Below, piece after piece: positions 21,029 to 30,323 of a DNA stretch of 64,000 bases. The notes under the pieces are model-generated. The model ran no database searches, was not told the origin of the DNA, and was given only the letters and a program-made list of their open reading frames with translations. Each line of letters opens with the position of its first letter. Position 1 is the first letter of the stretch. The stretch is from an uncultured Gemmatimonadales bacterium (GTDB lineage: Bacteria; Gemmatimonadota; Gemmatimonadetes; Longimicrobiales; RSA9), in contig CAWFKH010000005.1 of assembly GCA_963816355.1 (NCBI GenBank), positions 320,001 through 384,000 of the forward strand. The letters are read 5' to 3'. Made by a program: the position numbers and the translations under genes.

Positions 21029-21439
21029 ATGACGCGAGACGGGGAGGGCGGTCCGCCGGAAGCCGGCGCGGGCGGCGCTGCGGGCTGGCGCACGCACGAG
21101 GTGGCGGGCTACGAGGTGCGGGTGGGCAAGGGCGCGAAGGACAACGACGCGCTCACCTTCGGCGCCGCGGATCCGCGCGACTTCTGGCTGCACGTGGCGG
21201 GCTACCCGGGCAGCCACGTGGTGGTGCGCAACCCGGCCGGCGTCGCGGAGCTGCCGCGCGAGGTGGCGGAGCGCGCGGCCGAGCTGGCGGCGTGGCATTC
21301 GAAGGCGCGCAACGCGCGCGGCAAGGTGGAGGTGCACCTCTGCCGGGTGGCCGACGTGAGCAAGCCGCGCGGCTTCGCGCCGGGCGAGGTGCGGCTGAGG
21401 GCGTGGCAGAAGGTCCGCGTGTATCCGAAGCGGGGCTGA
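21029..21439 (+). CDS. Stand-alone NFACT RNA-binding (DUF814) domain protein
   Basis: VGKGAKDNDALT, DFWLHVAGYPGSHVVV, AAWHSKAR and VSKPRG. Confidence 0.88.
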   Translation: MTRDGEGGPPEAGAGGAAGWRTHEVAGYEVRVGKGAKDNDALTFGAADPRDFWLHVAGYPGSHVVVRNPAGVAELPREVAERAAELAAWHSKARNARGKVEVHLCRVADVSKPRGFAPGEVRLRAWQKVRVYPKRG

Positions 21440-21484
21440 CGGAGCCCGAAGAGGGACTGACGGAAGGCGCCCCGCGAGGCAGCT

Positions 21485-23257
21485 TCAGCGAGGGAGCCGC
21501 GGAAAGCGCTGCGGCGGCCGCCGCCAACGGGTCGCCTGCTCGTAGGCGTACGCGACGCGGAAGATGGTGCCCTCCGCCCACGGCCGGGCGAGGATCTGCA
21601 GGCCGGCGGGCAGGTTCCCGTACGTGAAGCCCATGGGCACGGTGGCGGCGGGCATGCCGGTGGCCGGCGCGATGAGTTGGCTGTTGTCGCCGCGGTACTC
21701 CTCGCGCGCGCGGTCGAGGTGCGCGGGCGGGTACGTCCACGTCGGGTAGACGACGACGTCGACGCGCGCGCTGTCCATCGCCGCCACGACGTCGCGCAGA
21801 AAGCGCTGGCGCGGCGCGTTGTCGGCGAAGTCGGGGCATGGCGGGTCCCACTCCGACGGCGGCGTGTCGGCCGGCTGCTTCACGAGCGAGCGCAGGCTCT
21901 CCTCGACGTAGGAGGAGTACTGGCCGGACTCGAGGACCTCGGCGACGTCGTGGATCGGCGCGCCGGCACCGAGCGAGGCGAGGTAGCGGTGCATGTCGTA
22001 GCGGAACCGCGGGCAGAACATGTCGCGCGAGCGCAGGTCCTCCTCGAGGTCGGGCACCACGAACGGGTCGACGATGCCGGCGCCGTGCGCGCGCAGGTCG
22101 GCGACGGCGCGGTCGAAGAGCGCGAGCACCGCGGTGTCGCTCCTTGCGGGATCCGCGAGCGCGCGCAGCACGCCGATGCGGACGCCGCGCAGGCCCGCGG
22201 TGTCGAGAAAGGCCGTGTAGTCGGCGGCGACGTGGCCGCGCCCGGCCGCGGTGTACGGGTCGGCCGGGTCGTAGCCAGCGATCACGTTGAGCACGCGCGC
22301 GGCGTCGGCGACGGTGCGCGCCATCGGCCCGGCGACGTCACGGTCGAAGGCGAGCGGCACGATGCCGTCGCGGCTGACGAGGCCGATCGTCGAGCGGATC
22401 CCGAACAGGTCGAGGTGGGACGACGGCCCGCGGATCGAGTTGCCGGTGTCGGTGCCGAGGCCGACGGCGGCGAAGCTGGCCGCGATGCCCGAGGCCGTGC
22501 CGCCGCTCGAGCCCGCCGGCACGCGGTCGAGCGCGTACGCGTTGGCGGTCGTGTCGAAGGAGGAGCTGACCGTCTGCCGTGGGCTGAACGCCCACTCCGC
22601 CATGTTCGTCTTGGCGACGACGACCGCGCCCGCGTCGCGGATTCGCCGCACCACGAACGCGTCGTCCGGCGGCCGGCTGTGCAGCAGCGCGACCGATCCG
22701 CCCGTGGTCGCCAGGTCGTGCGTGTCGTAGTTGTCCTTCACCAGCATCGGCACGCAGAAGAGCGCGCCGCCCGCGCGCCCGTCGGCGAGCGCGTGGTCGA
22801 GCGAGTCCGCGCGCGCGAGCGCGTTCGGATTCACCACGGTGATCGCGTTGAGCCCGGTCGAGTCGTCGTACGCCGCGATGCGGTCGAGGTACGCCTGCAC
22901 GACCCCCCGGCACGTCACGTCACCGGAGCGGATCGCCGCCTCGATCCCCGGAATCGTAGCCTCCACCGGCTCGAACCCCCGCCCCCCGCCCCCGCCCGCG
23001 CGGCCGCCCGCGCACCCCCCCAGCCAGAGCCCGCCCACCATGCCGAGGATTCCGAGCGCAACGCCTCCCCTCGCCGAAGGCGAGCTTCCCCGCCGCAGGC
23101 GGCCCCCCCGCGCGGAGCGCGGCCCCCGCCGCAGGCGGTTTCCCCGCGCGCAGCGCGGCCCCCCGCCGCAGGCGGGCTTCCCTCGCGAAGCGAGCTTCCC
23201 CGCGCCCAGCGCGGCTTCCCTCGCAACGCGAGCTTCCCTCGCGCAGCGAGCGCTCAC
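21485..23257 (-). CDS. Amidase-signature family protein; start uncertain (GTG 23257 overlapping the upstream stop, or ATG 23041)
   Basis: VKDN, GSSGGT and GTDTGNSIRGPS; lipobox-like WLGGC. Confidence 0.88.
   Translation of the reverse strand: MSARCAREARVAREAALGAGKLASRGKPACGGGPRCARGNRLRRGPRSARGGRLRRGSSPSARGGVALGILGMVGGLWLGGCAGGRAGGGGGRGFEPVEATIPGIEAAIRSGDVTCRGVVQAYLDRIAAYDDSTGLNAITVVNPNALARADSLDHALADGRAGGALFCVPMLVKDNYDTHDLATTGGSVALLHSRPPDDAFVVRRIRDAGAVVVAKTNMAEWAFSPRQTVSSSFDTTANAYALDRVPAGSSGGTASGIAASFAAVGLGTDTGNSIRGPSSHLDLFGIRSTIGLVSRDGIVPLAFDRDVAGPMARTVADAARVLNVIAGYDPADPYTAAGRGHVAADYTAFLDTAGLRGVRIGVLRALADPARSDTAVLALFDRAVADLRAHGAGIVDPFVVPDLEEDLRSRDMFCPRFRYDMHRYLASLGAGAPIHDVAEVLESGQYSSYVEESLRSLVKQPADTPPSEWDPPCPDFADNAPRQRFLRDVVAAMDSARVDVVVYPTWTYPPAHLDRAREEYRGDNSQLIAPATGMPAATVPMGFTYGNLPAGLQILARPWAEGTIFRVAYAYEQATRWRRPPQRFPRLPR
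23069..23250. repeat. GNA-loop mini-hairpin array (about 10 hairpins), same family as the 50006-51252 arrays
   Basis: ctcgcc-GAA-ggcgag, ccgcc-GCA-ggcgg, ccgcgc-GGA-gcgcgg and ctcgc-GAA-gcgag with cttccc/cccc spacers. Confidence 0.88.
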
Positions 23258-25368
23258 CGCAGCCGCTTCCACAGGTACGTGAAGACGAGCGCCTGTTCGC
23301 GCGCCCGTTGTGCGTTGGTGACGCCCGCGCCGTGGCCGCCCTCGGTGTTCTCGTAGAACCAGACCGGGTGGCCGAGCGCCTTCATGCGCGCGGCGAACTT
23401 GCGCGCGTGGCCGGGATGGACGCGGTCGTCGCGCGTCGTCGTATAGATGAACGGCCGCGGGTAGTCCGCGTTCGGGCTGATGTTCTGGTACGGCGAGTAC
23501 TCGCTGATGTAGGCCCACTCGTCCGGCCTGTCGGGGTCGCCGTACTCGCCCATCCAGCTCGCGCCGGCGAGGAGGTGGTTGAAGCGCTTCATGTCGAGGA
23601 GCGGATTCAGGATGACGACGGCGTTCCACAGGTCCGGCCGCTCCGTCAGCATGACGCCCATCAGCAGGCCGCCGTTGCTGCCGCCCATGATCCCGAGGTG
23701 CGCGGGCGAGGTGATGCGGCGCGCGATCAGGTCCTCGGCGACGGCGATGAAGTCGTCGTAGGCGCGCTGCCGGTGCTCCTTCATCGCGGCGCGGTGCCAC
23801 GTCGGCCCGAACTCGCCGCCGCCGCGGATGTTGGCGACCACGTAGACGCCGCCGCGCTCGAGCCAGTCGGCGCCGTTTGCGGCGTTGTAGTTCGGCGTCA
23901 GCGAGATCTCGAAGCCGCCGTAGCCGTAGAGCAGCGTCGGGTCGTTCCCGTCGAGGGAGATGTCCTTCCGGTGCACGATGAAGTAGGGCACCTTCGTGCC
24001 GTCCTTCGACGTCGCCTCGTGCTGCTCGGTGACGAGGCCGGCGGCGTCGAACTGGGCGGGCAGCCGGCTCACCTCGCGGACCGCGCCGTCGTCCCCGGCG
24101 AAGTAGAGCGTGGAGGGCTGGGTGAACGCGCTGTAGGTGAAGAAGAAGCGGTCGCTCGACGGCGACGTCGCGACCACGCCGGCGCTGCCGATGCCGGGCA
24201 CCGGGATCGTGTCGGCGCTCCACGTGCCGTCGTCGAAGTGGAAGCGGAGGAGCGACGGCCGCACGTTCTCGAGGCGGTCGACGAGCAGGTAGTTCTCGGT
24301 GCTGCTGACGCCGTCGATCGTGGCGCGCGGGTCCGGCTGGAGCACGACCTGGAAGTCGCGGCCGCCGGCGAGGAAGGCGTCGATGCCGGTCGCGATCAGG
24401 GCGTCGGCGGCGAACGTGTGTCCGCCGACGTCCCAGGGGGAGCGGAGCCGCAGCACGAGCTGGTCGCCGACGAGCGAGATGTCGGAATCGAGCGGCACGT
24501 CGAGCTTCACCAGCGAGTCGCCGCGCAAGACGTAGTACATCGTCTCGAAGAAGGTGGGCGAGCGGACGACGAGGCCCCACGTGCGGCCGCCGCTGCGGGT
24601 GGCGCCGACGCCGACGAGCACGTCCGTGGTGTCGCCCTCGAGCAGCGTGCGCGCGGCGGAGAGCGGCGTGCCGCGGTGCCACAGCTTCGCGATGCGCGCG
24701 TAGCCGGACGTGGTGCGGGTGCCCGGCCCGAAGTCGGTCGAGACGAGGACGTCGTCGGGCCCGAGCCAGGCGACGCCGAGCTTCGCCTCCGGAAGGGCGA
24801 AGCCGCCGTCGACGAACGCGGCGTGCTCGACGTCGAACTCGCGCACCTGCACGGCGTCGGCGCCGCCGCGCGAGAGGCGGACGAGGCAGCGGCGGTACGC
24901 GGGCGGCAGGCAGCTCGCGCCCTTCCACGCCCAGTCGACGCCCTCCGCCGCGGCGAGCGAATCCACGTCGAGGACGGTGGTCCAGCGCGGCGAGCCGGCC
25001 AGGTACGCGTCCCATGTGGTGCGGCGCCAGATGCCGCGCGGGTGGTCGCCGTCCTGCCAGTAGTTGAAGATCGCGTCGCCGAGGATCGACGGGAACGCGA
25101 TGCGGTCGTGCGAATCGTAGATGCGCAGCGTGCGCTCGTAGATCGGCTGGTAGAGTGGGTCGGCGCCGAGGACCGCCATCGTCGAGTCGCTCTGCGCCTT
25201 GACCCACGCCAGCGAGCGCGGCGCTTCGACGTCCTCGAGCCAGCGGAACGGGTCGGACGATTGGCGCGGCGACGCCGTGGCGCGCCCGGTGGAGCTCGGC
25301 TGCTGCGCCGAGAGGCCGCTCGTCGCGACGATCGCCGCGATCGCGAGCAACGCGGGAAACCGCTTCAT
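23254..25368 (-). CDS. Prolyl oligopeptidase (S9A), secreted
   Basis: DPFRWLED, YGYGGF, NIRGGGEFG, GGSNGG, DDRVHP and GGHG; signal peptide; GGAG RBS. Confidence 0.95.
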   Translation of the reverse strand: MKRFPALLAIAAIVATSGLSAQQPSSTGRATASPRQSSDPFRWLEDVEAPRSLAWVKAQSDSTMAVLGADPLYQPIYERTLRIYDSHDRIAFPSILGDAIFNYWQDGDHPRGIWRRTTWDAYLAGSPRWTTVLDVDSLAAAEGVDWAWKGASCLPPAYRRCLVRLSRGGADAVQVREFDVEHAAFVDGGFALPEAKLGVAWLGPDDVLVSTDFGPGTRTTSGYARIAKLWHRGTPLSAARTLLEGDTTDVLVGVGATRSGGRTWGLVVRSPTFFETMYYVLRGDSLVKLDVPLDSDISLVGDQLVLRLRSPWDVGGHTFAADALIATGIDAFLAGGRDFQVVLQPDPRATIDGVSSTENYLLVDRLENVRPSLLRFHFDDGTWSADTIPVPGIGSAGVVATSPSSDRFFFTYSAFTQPSTLYFAGDDGAVREVSRLPAQFDAAGLVTEQHEATSKDGTKVPYFIVHRKDISLDGNDPTLLYGYGGFEISLTPNYNAANGADWLERGGVYVVANIRGGGEFGPTWHRAAMKEHRQRAYDDFIAVAEDLIARRITSPAHLGIMGGSNGGLLMGVMLTERPDLWNAVVILNPLLDMKRFNHLLAGASWMGEYGDPDRPDEWAYISEYSPYQNISPNADYPRPFIYTTTRDDRVHPGHARKFAARMKALGHPVWFYENTEGGHGAGVTNAQRAREQALVFTYLWKRLR

Positions 25369-25456
25369 GAGCCCTCTCCTGTTGGGTCGGAGTGGAGAGA
25401 GTGGGGCGCCGGCGTACGGAACGCAATGCCGCGCCGCCCGATGGAGGCTCGCGTGT

Positions 25457-25543
25457 TTGCTCGAGGGCTTGCTCGGGCGCTTGCTTGAGCGCTTGCGTGA
25501 GCGTTTGCTCGCGCGCTTGATTGAGCGCTTGCTCGCGCGCTTG
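25457..25543. repeat. 12-bp degenerate tandem repeat (ttgctcgagcgc) x7
   Basis: Direct reading. Confidence 0.8.
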
Positions 25544-25800
25544 TCGGATCGCGCGCCGCCGCGCACATTCCGTCCCGGACGTCCCTTTCTCGCCGGCGAG
25601 CCGCGACGGCCCAGCGGGACTCCATTTTCCTCAGCATCGAGCCGCTCGGCCAGACGCTGATCGCGCTGCGCGACGCGATCCTCGGCCGGCCTCCAGAGCG
25701 GACCGGCACCCGCGGCTCGACGCTCCGAGGAACCCGGCCGGCCGGCTCGGGTTCGATACGACGATCGGCGCGGTCGTCACAATGGATCCGGAGGATCGGA

Positions 25801-26379
25801 ATGGAGCGCAGGCACTTCCTGCTGGGACTCTTCTCGCTGGCGCTGCCGACGGGCGGGCTGCTCGAGCGCCTCGGACGCCTGCCCGGCACGGACGCGGCGG
25901 CGGCGCGGCGTGCCACGTCGAGCGCGGCCGGCAGCCGCACGGCGATGCCCCCGCAGCAGGGGATCGCGAAGCTCGAGAAGTCGGATGGGGAATGGCGCAA
26001 GCTCCTGCCGTCCGCGGCGTTCGCCGTCCTCTTCCGCGAGGCGACGGAGCGGCCGGGCACCAGCCCGCTCAACGACGAGCACCGTCCCGGCACGTTCATC
26101 TGCGCGGCGTGCTACCTGCCGCTCTTCGACGCCGCGACGAAGTTCGACAGCGGCACCGGCTGGCCCAGCTTCTACACGCACATCGACGGGCGGCTCGGCT
26201 TCAAGAAGGACTACAAGCTGATCGCACCGAGAACGGAGTACCACTGCGCCCGGTGCGGCGGACACCAGGGGCACGTCTTCGACGACGGTCCGCCGCCCAC
26301 CGGCAAGCGCTACTGCAACAACGGCGTCGCGCTGCGCTTCGTGCCCGAGGGCAGGGCGCTGCCGGCGCTGCGCACCTGA
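25801..26379 (+). CDS. msrB: Peptide-methionine (R)-S-oxide reductase with a Tat-like signal
   Basis: TERPGT, two CxxC, KFDSGTGWPSF, GHVFDDGP and RYCNNG; N-terminal ERRHFL. Confidence 0.95.
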   Translation: MERRHFLLGLFSLALPTGGLLERLGRLPGTDAAAARRATSSAAGSRTAMPPQQGIAKLEKSDGEWRKLLPSAAFAVLFREATERPGTSPLNDEHRPGTFICAACYLPLFDAATKFDSGTGWPSFYTHIDGRLGFKKDYKLIAPRTEYHCARCGGHQGHVFDDGPPPTGKRYCNNGVALRFVPEGRALPALRT

Positions 26380-26465
26380 CCGCGCATCCGCGCTCATCCT
26401 CGGAGCTCATCCTCGAGCCCATCCTCGCGCCCGTCGACGACGCGACCCAACGATCGGGAGGTGCC

Positions 26466-26981
26466 ATGGCGAACAACCCTGAGGGCGGCAAGGAGATCGA
26501 GCGGCTCGACCCGCGACCCGTCGACATCGTGCTGCGCGACGGCCGCGAGGTCGAGGGCCGCCTCGCCGTAGGCAGCGGCCAGACCCTCGTGCGCTACCTC
26601 GCCACCCGCCGCATCCTGATCAACCTCACCGACGTGCGCGCCCACTGGTCCGACGACCGCCCGCTCGAGCACCTCGCCGTCCCGCTCCAGCACATCCGCT
26701 GGGTCCGCTCCACCGACGGCCAGATCCCGCTCACGCCGCTCGCCGCCATGCCGATGCTCACCCCCGTCGCCGTCCACCTCGACGACGGTACCTCCATTCA
26801 CGCCTTCGTCGACCTCGCCTTCAACGAGCGCTTCAGCGACCACCTCGACATCGCGCGCCCCTTCATCCCGCTCTTCCGCGCAAGCGTCGGCGGCGAGTGG
26901 ATCGGCGACGTCGCCCTGAACGCCACCTGCGTCGTCGCCGCCCGCGAGGCGCGTGACGACGAGCCGGCGGAAAAGGCGTAG
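26466..26981 (+). CDS. Hypothetical protein with two similar small beta-rich domains
   Basis: GGAGG RBS; VDIVLRDGREVEG and VAVHLDDGTSIHA halves. Confidence 0.7.
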   Translation: MANNPEGGKEIERLDPRPVDIVLRDGREVEGRLAVGSGQTLVRYLATRRILINLTDVRAHWSDDRPLEHLAVPLQHIRWVRSTDGQIPLTPLAAMPMLTPVAVHLDDGTSIHAFVDLAFNERFSDHLDIARPFIPLFRASVGGEWIGDVALNATCVVAAREARDDEPAEKA

Positions 26982-27060
26982 CCGGGGCGCGCATCCAGGC
27001 GCGGTCAAGCGCCGTGGCGTGGCCCGGCGGCGTGGCGGCGCGGCCCGGCGGCAGGTGCGC

Positions 27061-27165
27061 CGCGGCGCGGCCCGCTCGGCCATGAGAATTCCTTCAGCGC
27101 GGCCTCGCGCTCCTCGGATCTGGCCCGGGCGCCGCGGAGCGGCCCGCTTGGCCATGGGAATGCCC
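27061..27165. repeat. Imperfect ~32-bp direct repeat pair upstream of the DUF559 gene
   Basis: cgcggcgcggcccgctcggccatgagaattcc vs cgcggagcggcccgcttggccatgggaatgcc. Confidence 0.65.
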
Positions 27166-27253
27166 CGGCGCGCCGTGCATCATGGCGTGTCGACGGAGCG
27201 GCTGGAGCGCCGTCGCGAGGATGACCGCGAGAGCGTTCGGGAGGTCCGATTCG

Positions 27254-28186
27254 ATGCGCGCCGATGTGGAGCAGCGGGTTCGCGACGTCGCCGCAAGCCA
27301 GCACGGGGTGGTCACCCGCAACCAGCTCGTTCGGGCGGGCCTTTCCTCGGCCGCCATCGGTCGCAAGGTGATGCGCGGGCAGCTGCAGACGCGCCATCGG
27401 GGCGTGTATCAGCTGGGGCCGCTCGCGCTTCCCGGCGCCTCCCACATGGCTGCCGTGCTCGCCGGCGGGCCCGCCGCAACCCTGAGCCACCTTTCCGCAG
27501 CGAGCCTCTCCGGGTTGCGCCCGCGGCCGGACGTCCCGGGGCCGATCCACGTCAGCGTTCCGGGAGCGGGCCGGAGTCGCAGGCCCGGCATACGCTTCCA
27601 CCGCGTCGCCCTCGCCGACGACGAGCGGACGATCGTCGACGGCATTCCCATCACGGCACCGGGACGCACGCTCGTGGACATCGCCGGCATGCTGGGCCGG
27701 CGCGAGATCGAGCACGCCGTCGCCTGCGCCGAACGGGAACGCCTCATCGATCACGAGCAGCTCGCCGCGCTTCCGGAGCGCTACCGCAGCCGTCCCGGCA
27801 TCGGCCTGTTGCGAGAAGTGACGCAGCGGCTCGCGGAGCCGGCGTTCACGCGCTCCGAGGCGGAGAACCGATGTCTCGAGATGCTGGACGCCGCCCGGAT
27901 CCCCCGGCCGCACTCCAACGTGCCGATCGGACCCTACGAGCTGGACCACTTCTGGCCCGTGGAGGGGATCGCCATCGAGATCGACGGCCGCGCATACCAT
28001 TCCGCTCGCGGCCGCTTCGAGGGCGATCGCCGCAAGGATGCATGGCTCCGCGCCCGCGGCATCGAGGTGATCCGCCTCACCTGGAGGCAGATCACGCGCG
28101 AAGCGATGCCCACCGCCGTCCAGATCGGTCAGATCCTCGCTCTCGCCCGGGCCCGCAAAGCCGCGACCCCGCGGGAGGCGTCGTAG
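27254..28186 (+). CDS. AbiEi-type N-terminal wHTH fused to a DUF559 (Vsr-like) endonuclease domain
   Basis: AASQHGVVTRNQL...RHRGVY, LSHLSAA, TAPGRTLVD, RSEAE and ELD...IAIEIDGRAYH...DRRKDAWL..GIEVIRLTW. Confidence 0.88.
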   Translation: MRADVEQRVRDVAASQHGVVTRNQLVRAGLSSAAIGRKVMRGQLQTRHRGVYQLGPLALPGASHMAAVLAGGPAATLSHLSAASLSGLRPRPDVPGPIHVSVPGAGRSRRPGIRFHRVALADDERTIVDGIPITAPGRTLVDIAGMLGRREIEHAVACAERERLIDHEQLAALPERYRSRPGIGLLREVTQRLAEPAFTRSEAENRCLEMLDAARIPRPHSNVPIGPYELDHFWPVEGIAIEIDGRAYHSARGRFEGDRRKDAWLRARGIEVIRLTWRQITREAMPTAVQIGQILALARARKAATPREAS

Positions 28187-28330
28187 GCGACGTCGTCGCA
28201 ACGCATTCGCAGGCGACGTCGTCGCAACGCATCGCAGGCGACGTCGTCGCAACGCATCGCAGGCGACGTCGTCGCAACGCATCGCAGGCGACGTCGTCGC
28301 AACGCATCGCAGGCGACGTCGTCGCAACGC
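28185..28330. repeat. 25-bp tandem repeat (aggcgacgtcgtcgcaacgcatcgc) about x5.8, starting within the DUF559 stop codon
   Basis: Near-perfect units without spacers; internal gcgac-gtc-gtcgc hairpin. Confidence 0.92.
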
Positions 28331-28456
28331 CGCATCGGCGCCTGGGGCGCAGGGGCCCAGGGCGTTCAACGCAAGCGTACCGGCCGGACGAACCCAACCG
28401 TTCTCGCGACTCACGGCGAACGGCTGGGATTCGGCCGCGTCGAGGACGGCCCGTGC

Positions 28457-28633
28457 GAGAAGAATCTCGTAATCGGCGCCGGTCGGATGCTCGCCATCCG
28501 GATTTTTCTCGGAATCCGGGAAGAATCTCGTAACGAACACCCTGGTCCTGGATCGCAAACGAGATATTGCTCGATTTCCGAGACAAAACCGGATAGCGAT
28601 CCCCGAGACGCCATCCATTACGAGAAATTGCTC
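28457..28633. repeat. 177-bp modular palindromic dispersed element, copy 2
   Basis: Homologous to 9121-9297; about 53% GC by manual count; dyad symmetry. Confidence 0.88.
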
Positions 28634-28750
28634 ACTTCTCGGAGCACGAACCGGCCGAGACGTGCTCGACCTCGACCGCGAGTCCGGGAAACCCTCGCCC
28701 ACGGAGGACCACCGCAATGTGTAGCCCGGGCAGAGTGGACGCGCATGCTC

Positions 28751-28881
28751 GGGCGGACGCAAGCGGGGCGGACGCATGCTCGGGCGGACGCAAGCCGGGC
28801 GGACGCAAGCGGGGCGGACGCAAGCCGGGCGGACGCAAGCGGGGCGGACGCAAGCCGGGCGGACGCAAGCGGGGCGGACGC
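28751..28881. repeat. 15-bp tandem repeat (gggcggacgcaagcS) about x9
   Basis: Direct reading; alternating C/G variants. Confidence 0.9.
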
Positions 28882-28922
28882 CCCGATTGGAGCGCCCGCC
28901 CCGCAATCGCTCACCTGCGTTC

Positions 28923-29081
28923 GGCGACGATCGCGCGAGACGGCTCAGCGCACCGCCTGCCCCTCAGCGCATCGCCCGCAACCTGGGCGACGATCGCGCG
29001 AGACGGCTCAGCGCACCGCCTGCCCCTCAGCGCATCGCCCGCAACCTCGGCGACGACGGCGCGAGACGGCTCAGCGCACCG
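28923..29081. repeat. 63-bp tandem repeat x2.5 including the stop codon of the adjacent gene
   Basis: Units start at 28923, 28986 and 29049. Confidence 0.9.
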
Positions 29082-30081
29082 TCCGCACCTCGACGCGGTT
29101 CCCCTGGAAGATCGGGATGAGCACGCGAGACCGCTTCGAGTCCCATCCGATGTCGGCGGGGGATGGCGTACCGGAGACGGCGGTGGTCGGCGCGCCGCCT
29201 CCGGCCGGGATGCGGTAGACAGCCTGGCCGCTCCAGCTCGAGACGAGCAGCGATCCGTCGGGCAGCTTGACGACGCCGTCGAGCTGGCCGTGCGGGAGCG
29301 CGGTGCCGATCGAGGGTGAGGCGCCGGCCGACGGAGAGGGGTTGGCGCCGACGGCGCTGGCGACGCGCATCACCGTGCTGTCGGCGAACGGGACGAGGAC
29401 GAGCGAGTCGCCGTCGACCAGGACGCCGTTCGGCCCCTTGAGCGCGGCACCGTGCGCGACCGCCTGCGCTCGGCCGCCGCTGAAGCGGTAGACGGCGTCG
29501 GTCCCGGTCGAGCCGAAGCTCGCGTTCAGGCCGCTGTCGGTGACGTAGAGCGTGCCGTCGGGCCCGACGTCGGCGTCGTTGAGGAAGGTGGCGCCGGGGA
29601 CGGCCATGGCGCCGAGCGGCGCGCCGGAGTTGCGGTCGAAGGCGCGCACGGAGTCGATGTCGGTGACGAAGATCGTGTCGCCGTGGATGGCGAGGCCCTT
29701 CGGCGCGTTGAGCGTGACGCTGTCGGAGGCGGCGTCGATCCACTTGAGCGACTCGATCGAGCCGTCCGGCCGCACGCGCGAGATGAAGCCGTTGTCGTCG
29801 CGGTCGAGCGGCTGGCCGTTGATGTTGGATACGAGGTAGACGTCTGCGACGGAGTCCCACAGCACGGATTCCGGAGTCTGGAACCCGTCGATCGTGAGTG
29901 AATCCGCGGGCGTAGACTCAGCCATCATCGCACCGCCGGCGGTGTCGGCGGCCATGGCGCCACCCGCGCCGCCCTCGTCGGACGCGCCGCCGCAAGCCGC
30001 GAGCGTCGCGATCGAGCCGAGCGCGAGCATGGCCGCGCGAGCGGACGGGCGACCGTGGAAGCTCCGGAGAACCTCGATCAT
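29071..30081 (-). CDS. SMP-30/gluconolactonase/LRE beta-propeller lipoprotein
   Basis: TPESV, LNAPKG, FLND, GPNG, QLDG and PADIG; lipobox LAAC; GGAGG RBS. Confidence 0.85.
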   Translation of the reverse strand: MIEVLRSFHGRPSARAAMLALGSIATLAACGGASDEGGAGGAMAADTAGGAMMAESTPADSLTIDGFQTPESVLWDSVADVYLVSNINGQPLDRDDNGFISRVRPDGSIESLKWIDAASDSVTLNAPKGLAIHGDTIFVTDIDSVRAFDRNSGAPLGAMAVPGATFLNDADVGPDGTLYVTDSGLNASFGSTGTDAVYRFSGGRAQAVAHGAALKGPNGVLVDGDSLVLVPFADSTVMRVASAVGANPSPSAGASPSIGTALPHGQLDGVVKLPDGSLLVSSWSGQAVYRIPAGGGAPTTAVSGTPSPADIGWDSKRSRVLIPIFQGNRVEVRTVR

Positions 30082-30323
30082 CGCTGCCTCCATTGAACGT
30101 AGTGTCGAGAGGGGGGACGCTATCAAAAGCGCGCCGCGGCGGCAACCCGCAGGCAATCGCCCCGCGCCAACCGCAGCAAGACGGCCCGCGAGCCGCGCCA
30201 CCGCGGCCGCAGATCGCCCCGCGCCAGCCCGCGGCAAGGCGGCCGCGCCACCGGCGGGCGCATCGCGCCGCGCCGGCCCGCGGCGGCAACCCGCGACCGC
30301 GCATCGCATAGCGCCGCACGGGC

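Noticed and set aside
27254..28186. Complete type IV toxin-antitoxin (AbiE) system
   Set aside because: No neighbouring AbiEii nucleotidyltransferase gene.
28185..28330. CRISPR array
   Set aside because: Units are contiguous with no unique spacers, and there are no cas genes in the window.
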